Positions 18,007 to 23,416 are shown, counted from the first letter of the stretch. The stretch is 64,000 bases of DNA from a virus (IMGVR_UViG_3300045988_017048:32001-96000); one strand, 5' to 3'. Notes: a model not told the origin generated them from the letters alone. Made by a program: numbers and translations.

Positions 18007-18081
18007 GGAGATATGATAGACTCGAACTATCATTATAACTGCAATTATTGAGTTATGTACTAACCATTGTACTAATATCTC
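18007..18081 (-). tRNA. tRNA-like element with an enlarged (10 nt) anticodon loop
   Basis: Minus strand: acceptor GAGATAT/ATATCTC (preceded by G, discriminator C), D-arm GTAC-AATGGTTA-GTAC, T-arm GATAG-TTCGAGT-CTATC. The anticodon stem TAACT/AGTTA encloses CAATAATTGC. Confidence 0.5.
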
Positions 18082-18474
18082 CTAATTCCTAAGTCATAAT
18101 ATTAGTTGCTGTCTTTTACATATCTTAATTCTGACCTAATATATTTAGTTTCAAAACCTTCTTACTCTCTGTGCAATTTTATGTTGATTCTGCTCCTTTC
18201 TATCCTCACTAAGTGTATTGAGTAATTAATAATGTTACTCTCACCACAGTCCTGTAGTAGTATGCTATTCTTTACATCTGCACCCAATTTCAGTAGCACT
18301 CCCAATATTATTGGTACTAATTGAAGACATTTTAACAACAATTAATATGTGTTTGTTCGATTGTTTGCTTGTTAGAGTGTGGTTTGTATTATTCCTGTAA
18401 CAGTAAAAACAGTCATACATTATTGGATGACTATTCTTTGTTGCTAATTGTAATGAGGTAATAATTATGGGGTA

Positions 18475-18508
18475 GTGACATAATGTCACACATCTGACAA
18501 TATGTCAG
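18475..18508. promoter_or_regulatory. two adjacent palindromes TGACA-N3-TGTCA (operator-like)
   Basis: GTGACATAATGTCAC (18475-18489) and CTGACAATATGTCAG (18494-18508), with centres 19 bp apart, inside a roughly 0.8 kb non-coding region. Confidence 0.45.
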
Positions 18509-18851
18509 TCCATTCTATTAACTCTCAGTAAATCAACAAGTTACATTCAACACAAGACAAGGAAGATAGGATATAAAGTGTATTCCACACTCTATTATCC
18601 TATCCTACTTATCCAATACATTAAACCCCTAAATACTCTACTTACCTCTCTAATCCTCTTGTCAGGAAGAGATATAAATAGGGCACATCTCATCTCACTC
18701 TATACATTAACAGAGTTAAATCCTATTACATATAATATAATGTGTAACATATCTCAGAGTTATACTAAGAGCATACTGATGCCTACTCATATAACTTTTA
18801 CACATAAATACTATTAATGTTTAAAGGATTAAACTCTATTAATGCTTAAAG

Positions 18852-18888
18852 GAAATGAAAAGGCAAACAGGCATTCCTGCCTGTTGCC
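18852..18888 (-). terminator. intrinsic terminator after 18895..19152
   Basis: Minus strand: GGCAACAGGCA-GGAA-TGCCTGTTTGCC followed by TTTTCATTT. Confidence 0.8.
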
Positions 18889-18894
18889 CTCCTG

Positions 18895-19152
18895 TTAGAA
18901 GCTTGCCAATGTGGGTGCACCTCCCTGACCTTCCTCATGAAGAAGCCAGAATGAGCTACCATCTGAGCCTGTGACATTGCTCAGCATAGGATGAGTTGGA
19001 ATACCCTTGACTGCAACTGCTCCTGTCTTAGCACCATAGGTGAAGAACAACTTCCCAGTCTTAGGATTCTTCTTGACATCAATCTTGGTCACATGCATTT
19101 CAGCCTTGAACTGCTCAACAGTCAAGGTGTCATTAAAAACGAGATTTCCCAT
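18895..19152 (-). CDS. hypothetical protein (first gene of the leftward arm, monocistronic)
   Basis: 85 aa ORF with a GC-rich structured leader upstream and a strong terminator downstream. Confidence 0.6.
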   Translation of the reverse strand: MGNLVFNDTLTVEQFKAEMHVTKIDVKKNPKTGKLFFTYGAKTGAVAVKGIPTHPMLSNVTGSDGSSFWLLHEEGQGGAPTLASF

Positions 19153-19328
19153 AGTAGTGTAAAATGTTAAATTGTTAATAATGTTAATTTTGGCTTACGG
19201 GGGTAGGACCCCCTTGGGCTAAGTGATGGGGAGGGTGTGGTTGGTGTAACTACCACTCCTAAAAATACAATAGAAAAAAAAAATTAAAAAAAAAATTATT
19301 TTTATGCAATAAATTTTTTATTTATATA

Positions 19329-19360
19329 TTTGCATATATCAAAACTTTTACCTACCTTTG
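19329..19360 (+). promoter_or_regulatory. Bacteroidota-type promoter (-33 TTTG / -7 TACCTTTG)
   Basis: TTTG at 19329-19332, a 20 nt spacer, then TACCTTTG at 19353-19360. It matches the Bacteroides TAnnTTTG consensus. Confidence 0.6.
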
Positions 19361-19657
19361 CATCCTAGTAGAGGCTGTGGTGGAAGAGCCTTTCACCCAT
19401 GAGGTTAAAAAGTAATGGGTCAGAAGTTGGGTTAGTACTCTCACACTTACATAGAGAGGAGGTTGTCCCCAATACTACTAAAATTGCTACTATATAAATT
19501 AGATTGCATGAGCATATCCACCTGAGAAAATGCACAGGGAATCATGCTATAGGGGTATAATCAAGAACTGGTCTAATGAAGTTAGTAGTTAAAAGGAGAT
19601 TAGAAATAACTCTTATGAAGCCATAACAAAGCTTCAGGGACATTACTATATACAAGA

Positions 19658-20059
19658 ATGAAGAAGATTAGTAATTACATTAAGGATTCTATTAAGTGGT
19701 TATGGCAGTTTCCACAGAATATGCTTGCTCTATGTATAGAGGGTATATTGTGTCAAGCTGCATACAGGGAAGGTAAAGCAGATGGTAATATCATTATAAT
19801 GAATATTGTTCTATCTTCAGCTATGTCATTAGGAGATTATCTCTTTGTGAGTCCTATGTCATCACAGGAGTCTATCCAACATGAATGTGGTCATAGTAAG
19901 CAATCTGACATATTAGGTCCACTATATTTGATAGTAATAGGAATACCATCATTACTACATAACATAATACATTATCTGTGTAGTAAGATAGGAATTAAAT
20001 GGAACTACTACAGTTTTTATACTGAATCTTGGGCTAACAAGTTAGTAGGAATTACTTGA
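19658..20059 (+). CDS. small membrane protein with HExxH motif (possible zincin-like peptidase)
   Basis: 133 aa with hydrophobic segments flanking QHECGHSKQ (HExxH). Confidence 0.5.
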   Translation: MKKISNYIKDSIKWLWQFPQNMLALCIEGILCQAAYREGKADGNIIIMNIVLSSAMSLGDYLFVSPMSSQESIQHECGHSKQSDILGPLYLIVIGIPSLLHNIIHYLCSKIGIKWNYYSFYTESWANKLVGIT

Positions 20060-20150
20060 AAGAATATAGATAAGACCTAAAACCAAGCCTATTTTACTCC
20101 TTCAAGACGAGAAAATGATACTTGAATTGAAAATAATTGGGGAAAAGCTT

Positions 20151-20179
20151 GTACAATTCAAATATTTTTCTTACCTTTG
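20151..20179 (+). promoter_or_regulatory. Bacteroidota-type promoter upstream of the tRNA array
   Basis: TTG at 20151-20153, an 18 nt spacer, then TACCTTTG at 20172-20179. Confidence 0.6.
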
Positions 20180-20220
20180 CAGTGTGATTAAGGAAAATTG
20201 GTTTTAGGAAATTTCCACAT

Positions 20221-20269
20221 AAGGAATGTTGCTTTAACCAGTTGTTTAAGGTAACATTCTTTTTTTTTT
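20221..20269 (+). terminator. terminator-like hairpin plus T10 between the promoter and the first tRNA
   Basis: GGAATGTT...AACATTC(C) stem with an imperfect inner stem, followed by 10 consecutive T. tRNA-Gln begins 3 nt later. Confidence 0.45.
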
Positions 20270-20271
20270 AT

Positions 20272-20344
20272 TGCCTCATAGTATAGTTGGTTATTACACG
20301 GGATTTTGGCTCCTGTAACATAAGTTCGAGTCTTATTGGGGTAA
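20272..20344 (+). tRNA. tRNA-Gln (UUG)
   Basis: Acceptor TGCCTCA/TGGGGTA, anticodon arm CGGGA-TTTTGGC-TCCTG, T-arm ATAAG-TTCGAGT-CTTAT. Confidence 0.85.
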
Positions 20345-20361
20345 CAATAATAAAGGTAAAT

Positions 20362-20433
20362 ACCCTCTTAGTTCAATGGATAGAATAAGAGACTTCTAAT
20401 CTTTTGATATAGGTTCGATTCCTATAGGGGGTA
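20362..20433 (+). tRNA. tRNA-Arg (UCU)
   Basis: Acceptor ACCCTCT/AGGGGGT, anticodon arm AGAGA-CTTCTAA-TCTTT, T-arm ATAGG-TTCGATT-CCTAT. Confidence 0.85.
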
Positions 20434-20439
20434 CTAAAT

Positions 20440-20513
20440 GTTGGGTTAGACGAAGTGGTGAAGTCATCACACTTTCAATGTGAAGATTATGGGTTCGAGT
20501 CCCATACCCAATA
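20440..20513 (+). tRNA. tRNA-Glu (UUC)
   Basis: Acceptor GTTGGGT/ACCCAAT, anticodon arm TCACA-CTTTCAA-TGTGA, T-arm ATGGG-TTCGAGT-CCCAT. Confidence 0.85.
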
Positions 20514-20519
20514 CAATAT

Positions 20520-20591
20520 AGAGCTATCTACTAATGGACAGGTAACTGCCCTCTCAAGGCAGAAATTTGGGTTCAATTCCCAATAGCTCTA
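20520..20591 (+). tRNA. tRNA-Glu (CUC)
   Basis: Acceptor AGAGCTA/TAGCTCT, anticodon arm CTGCC-CTCTCAA-GGCAG, T-arm TTGGG-TTCAATT-CCCAA. Confidence 0.8.
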
Positions 20592-20597
20592 CAATTT

Positions 20598-20670
20598 AGG
20601 GTGTGTAGCATAGTGGTTAATGTGCCTGACTGTCAATTAGGAGATTGGAGTTCAATTCTCCCACATCCTG
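20598..20670 (+). tRNA. tRNA-Asp (GUC)
   Basis: Acceptor AGGGTGT/ACATCCT with discriminator G, anticodon arm CCTGA-CTGTCAA-TTAGG, T-loop TTCAATT. Confidence 0.8.
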
Positions 20671-20725
20671 CTAATCCACCTTTAATCTACTGAAGTCCTA
20701 TCCTACAGAGGTAGGATAGGCAAAT

Positions 20726-20810
20726 GGAGAGGTAACTCAGTGGGACTGGGACTTGTCTTGAAAACAATGGGAGCAGTAAAATGCTTGGGGGTCAGGACCT
20801 CACCTCTCCG
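20726..20810 (+). tRNA. tRNA-Ser (UGA), class II
   Basis: Acceptor GGAGAGG/CCTCTCC, anticodon loop CTTGAAA, long variable arm, unusual T-loop GTCAGGA. Confidence 0.75.
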
Positions 20811-20849
20811 CAATAATGGTGTTCTTTGACATGTTGGTGAGGAAAGTAT

Positions 20850-20935
20850 GGAGAGTAAACTATCAAGGTGATAGTCCTATCTGCTAAATAGTGAGTACCC
20901 TAATAAGGTATTTGTTTCGAGTACAATGCTCTCCG
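20850..20935 (+). tRNA. tRNA-Ser (GCU), class II
   Basis: Acceptor GGAGAGT/GCTCTCC, anticodon loop CTGCTAA, long variable arm, T-loop TTCGAGT. Confidence 0.8.
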
Positions 20936-20941
20936 CAATAT

Positions 20942-21014
20942 ATGGGTGTAATTCAGTAGGTAGAATGCTGGCTTTGGGAGCCAGTTGTCCTTGGTTCGAG
21001 TCCAAGTACCCATA
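20942..21014 (+). tRNA. tRNA-Pro (UGG)
   Basis: Acceptor ATGGGTG/TACCCAT, anticodon arm CTGGC-TTTGGGA-GCCAG, T-arm CTTGG-TTCGAGT-CCAAG. Confidence 0.85.
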
Positions 21015-21019
21015 CTAAT

Positions 21020-21093
21020 GGGCTTTGTAGTGTAATCAGGTTAGCACAAGACATTTGCAATGTTTTAGAGGAGTTCAAATCTCACAAGGTCCA
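21020..21093 (+). tRNA. tRNA-Ala (UGC)
   Basis: Acceptor GGGCTTT/AAGGTCC with a G3:U70 pair, anticodon arm AGACA-TTTGCAA-TGTTT, weak T-stem. Confidence 0.75.
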
Positions 21094-21177
21094 CTATGCT
21101 TTCATGTTTTCATAATGTTGAGCTTTTGCTTGAACCCTCTTTTGGGTAGTTAGAGGTTAAAGAAATTACCCTATCAA

Positions 21178-21251
21178 TGCTCTTTAGTTCAGTGGTTTAG
21201 AATAGTTCCCTTACAAGGAAAAGGTCATTAGTTCGATTCTAATAGGAGCAA
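21178..21251 (+). tRNA. tRNA-Val (UAC)
   Basis: Acceptor TGCTCTT/AGGAGCA, anticodon loop CTTACAA, T-arm ATTAG-TTCGATT-CTAAT. Confidence 0.85.
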
Positions 21252-21258
21252 CATAAAT

Positions 21259-21330
21259 GGGTCTTTAGTTCAAAGGTCAGAACAAGGGGCTGTTAACCCT
21301 TAGATGTAAGTTCGAGTCTTACAGGTCCCG
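21259..21330 (+). tRNA. tRNA-Asn (GUU)
   Basis: Acceptor GGGTCTT/AGGTCCC, anticodon arm AGGGG-CTGTTAA-CCCTT, T-arm GTAAG-TTCGAGT-CTTAC. Confidence 0.85.
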
Positions 21331-21439
21331 CAAAAACTTTTGCAAGAAGTTTAGTCAAGTAGCTTGCAATACTTGATGCCATCATTTCTGAAAAGTCTCT
21401 GAGTGCAATAAGGAGGAGTAATCAATGATTTGATGCTTT

Positions 21440-21512
21440 AGCAGGTTAGAGAAGTAGTAATCTTGCCCCACCCATAATGGGGAGACCAGTGGTGCAAATC
21501 CACTACCTGCAA
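21440..21512 (+). tRNA. tRNA-Met-type (CAU) with A1:A72 mismatch and C33
   Basis: Acceptor AGCAGGT/ACCTGCA (first pair A.A), anticodon arm CCCCA-CCCATAA-TGGGG, T-arm AGTGG-TGCAAAT-CCACT. Confidence 0.7.
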
Positions 21513-21520
21513 CTATAAAT

Positions 21521-21592
21521 TGGTACTTAGTTTAATGGTAAAACCTCAGACTCCAAATCTGAAAGATGAGTGTTCGAGTCATTCAGTACCTG
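21521..21592 (+). tRNA. tRNA-Trp (CCA)
   Basis: Acceptor TGGTACT/AGTACCT, anticodon arm TCAGA-CTCCAAA-TCTGA, T-arm GAGTG-TTCGAGT-CATTC. Confidence 0.8.
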
Positions 21593-21598
21593 CTATAT

Positions 21599-21670
21599 TG
21601 GCATATCTTCTAATGGTCAGGAAGCTACTCTGATAAGGTAGTAATCAAGGTTCAATTCCTTGTATGCCAA
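21599..21670 (+). tRNA. tRNA-Ile (GAU)
   Basis: Acceptor TGGCATA/TATGCCA, anticodon arm CTACT-CTGATAA-GGTAG, T-arm CAAGG-TTCAATT-CCTTG. Confidence 0.85.
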
Positions 21671-21672
21671 CT

Positions 21673-22092
21673 ATGATTAGAAAATATTTAAGTAGTAGAG
21701 GCAAGAGAATAGTTCTTATCTGTAAACATTGTGGCAAGGAATTTGAAACCTTGCAACTAAAGGCTAATGCAGGTAGAGAAAAGTTCTGTAGTAGGGAATG
21801 TTATAACCAATACAGGAAGGAATGCTGTACCAGCATAAAAGAAAGGAACATTTTATATCAGAAAAAGTCTAAATATGGTTTGACAGAAGAGGAATATAAG
21901 GGTCTATTTGATGCACAAGGTAATAGATGTTCTATATGTGGGACTTCTTTTGAAGTTACTAAAGCTTTTGTAGACCATGACCATAAAACAGGAAGGGTAA
22001 GAGGATTGCTATGTTCTCAATGCAATACATTACTTGGGATGGCTAAGGATAATACTGAGGTATTAGAAGCTGCTATTCAATACCAGAAATAG
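21673..22092 (+). CDS. endonuclease VII-family (T4 gp49-like, HNH-related) nuclease embedded in the tRNA array
   Basis: FVDHDHKTGRVRGLLCSQCNTLLG plus additional CxxC pairs. The track start at 21664 lies inside tRNA-Ile, so ATG 21673 is preferred. Confidence 0.75.
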   Translation: MIRKYLSSRGKRIVLICKHCGKEFETLQLKANAGREKFCSRECYNQYRKECCTSIKERNILYQKKSKYGLTEEEYKGLFDAQGNRCSICGTSFEVTKAFVDHDHKTGRVRGLLCSQCNTLLGMAKDNTEVLEAAIQYQK

Positions 22093-22163
22093 CTGATGTA
22101 CTTCAATGGTAGAAGACTGCTCTCATAAGGCAGTAGTTGAAAGTTCGAGTCTTTCTATCAGCA
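22092..22163 (+). tRNA. tRNA-Met/Ile2-type (CAU), elongator-like
   Basis: Acceptor GCTGATG/TATCAGC, anticodon arm CTGCT-CTCATAA-GGCAG, T-arm GAAAG-TTCGAGT-CTTTC. Confidence 0.85.
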
Positions 22164-22165
22164 CT

Positions 22166-22239
22166 GTGTTAGTAGCTCAGTCAGGTAGAGCAAAGGATTG
22201 TGGCTCCTTATGGCATGGGTTCAAATCCCATCTAACACC
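22166..22239 (+). tRNA. tRNA-His (GUG)
   Basis: Acceptor GTGTTAG/CTAACAC with discriminator C, anticodon arm AAGGA-TTGTGGC-TCCTT, T-arm ATGGG-TTCAAAT-CCCAT. Confidence 0.85.
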
Positions 22240-22246
22240 CCAATAT

Positions 22247-22323
22247 ACTAGCATATCCCCTCTGTCTTATACACAGTAGAAAGGGTAATAGGTCACATGT
22301 GGGTTCAATCCCCTCTGCTAGTA
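22247..22323 (+). tRNA. atypical tRNA-like element (possible anticodon UAU, no recognisable D-arm)
   Basis: Acceptor ACTAGCA/TGCTAGT and T-arm GTGGG-TTCAATC-CCCTC are good. The hairpin TCTGT-CTTATAC-ACAGT begins only 7 nt after the acceptor. A 9 nt direct repeat TCCCCTCTG is present at both ends. Confidence 0.4.
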
Positions 22324-22327
22324 CTAT

Positions 22328-22401
22328 CTTGGAGTACCAGAGTGGCTAATGGCACAGACTGCAAATCTGATGATTCGTGGGTTCAAATCCCACCTCCAAG
22401 T
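22328..22401 (+). tRNA. tRNA-Cys (GCA)
   Basis: Acceptor CTTGGAG/CTCCAAG, anticodon loop CTGCAAA, T-arm GTGGG-TTCAAAT-CCCAC. Confidence 0.8.
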
Positions 22402-22403
22402 CT

Positions 22404-22655
22404 ATGTGTTATATAGATAAACTTATAAAGAACAATACAGGAGTTTCTTCAAAGAACTTCTTCTTAGTGGCAGTTACCTTAATAGGTTTAATCCTACTAT
22501 TAGTTCCTGCTGTACTTCTTATAATAGAAGTATATTATAATCATACTATACAGACAGACCTTAATGGTCTTGCTGCTTATATAGGTGCTGTTGCTGGAGT
22601 ATTTGCATCAGCAGGTATTACTAAAGCATGGTCTGAAAAGTATGAAAAGAAATAA
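22404..22655 (+). CDS. small membrane protein
   Basis: ATG at 22404 (MCYIDKLIKNN...) gives 83 aa with two hydrophobic helices. The track start at 22377 lies inside tRNA-Cys. Confidence 0.5.
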   Translation: MCYIDKLIKNNTGVSSKNFFLVAVTLIGLILLLVPAVLLIIEVYYNHTIQTDLNGLAAYIGAVAGVFASAGITKAWSEKYEKK

Positions 22656-22656
22656 T

Positions 22657-22730
22657 GCTCCTATAGCTGAATTGGTTAAAGCAACAGTCTCTTAAACTGT
22701 GGATTCAAGGTTCAAGTCCTTGTGGGGGCA
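22657..22730 (+). tRNA. tRNA-Lys (CUU)
   Basis: Acceptor GCTCCTA/TGGGGGC, anticodon arm ACAGT-CTCTTAA-ACTGT, T-arm CAAGG-TTCAAGT-CCTTG. Confidence 0.85.
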
Positions 22731-22751
22731 CAACCCAACCTTGGCAAATAT

Positions 22752-22824
22752 TCCCCCAAAGCATTGATGGTGGATGCTCTGGACTTTTAATCCTGAAAGT
22801 AAGGTTCGATTCCTTATGGGGGAA
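22752..22824 (+). tRNA. tRNA-Lys (UUU)
   Basis: Acceptor TCCCCCA/TGGGGGA, anticodon arm CTGGA-CTTTTAA-TCCTG, T-arm TAAGG-TTCGATT-CCTTA. Confidence 0.85.
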
Positions 22825-22858
22825 CATAACATATTATTAACTCCAAATTTTTATTGTT

Positions 22859-22966
22859 ATGAAGAAAGTTATTTCATTAATTAAGAGAGGTGCTAAGGCA
22901 TACTTTAGACAATCTGCTAAGACTTATGCTTGGGCACCTACAGGAACTATTCCAGTTGGAATATAG
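22859..22966 (+). CDS. possible 35 aa peptide between tRNAs (below track threshold)
   Basis: ATG at 22859 (MKKVISLIKRGAKAYFRQSAKTYAWAPTGTIPVGI-stop). There is no supporting context beyond the open frame. Confidence 0.25.
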   Translation: MKKVISLIKRGAKAYFRQSAKTYAWAPTGTIPVGI

Positions 22967-23002
22967 TTCCTTTGATGCTGGAGTGAGTAATAAATATTAT
23001 AT

Positions 23003-23085
23003 GGGGTAGCTTTAATGTGGTGAATTAGTGTGGACTGTAAATCCACTGCCTCAGGCTATTTAAGGTTCGATTCCTTTCTGCCCCA
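23003..23085 (+). tRNA. tRNA-Tyr (GUA), class II
   Basis: Acceptor GGGGTAG/CTGCCCC, anticodon arm GTGGA-CTGTAAA-TCCAC, long variable arm, T-loop TTCGATT. Confidence 0.85.
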
Positions 23086-23153
23086 CTTCAATAGAAATCT
23101 TTGTCCTTGACTTATGGAAAGTGATGTGGGTAGAGACACAAATAAGTCATTAT

Positions 23154-23228
23154 GGGTGTTGGGCAGGTATGGTTACATTGCGTAGGTCTGAAAAACCTAA
23201 GAATAAAGTTCGATTCTTTGAACACCCA
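23154..23228 (+). tRNA. tRNA-Phe (GAA)
   Basis: Acceptor GGGTGTT/AACACCC, anticodon arm TAGGT-CTGAAAA-ACCTA, T-arm TAAAG-TTCGATT-CTTTG. Confidence 0.85.
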
Positions 23229-23234
23229 CTATAT

Positions 23235-23319
23235 ACTCCTGTGGTGGAACTGGTAGACACACTTGCCTCAAAAGCAAGAGCTTGAAAAAAGAGTAAGAGT
23301 TCAAGTCTCTTCAGGAGTA
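23235..23319 (+). tRNA. tRNA-Leu (CAA), class II
   Basis: Acceptor ACTCCTG/CAGGAGT, anticodon arm CTTGC-CTCAAAA-GCAAG, long variable arm, T-arm AAGAG-TTCAAGT-CTCTT. Confidence 0.85.
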
Positions 23320-23327
23320 CTTATAAT

Positions 23328-23416
23328 GCCCTCTTGGTGGAATTTGGTAGACACATCTGCCTTAGAAGCAGACATGAAGTAATAGTAGTGTAAGAGTTCA
23401 AGTCTCTTAGAGGGTA
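23328..23416 (+). tRNA. tRNA-Leu (UAG), class II
   Basis: Acceptor GCCCTCT/AGAGGGT, anticodon arm TCTGC-CTTAGAA-GCAGA, long variable arm, T-arm AAGAG-TTCAAGT-CTCTT. Confidence 0.85.

Noticed and set aside
18265-18817. Track ORFs 18265..18489 (-) and 18578..18817 (+) in the 0.8 kb gap.
   Set aside because: They have low-complexity sequences and sit on opposite strands, with no A-rich leader or coupling. One spans the palindromic operator-like sites. I treated the region as non-coding.
21094-21177. Spacers 21094-21177 and 21331-21439 inside the array, considered as additional tRNAs.
   Set aside because: Only short local hairpins could be drawn, with no acceptor/T-arm combination. The SD-like AAGGAGG plus ATG at 21410-21427 encodes only Met-Ile-stop.
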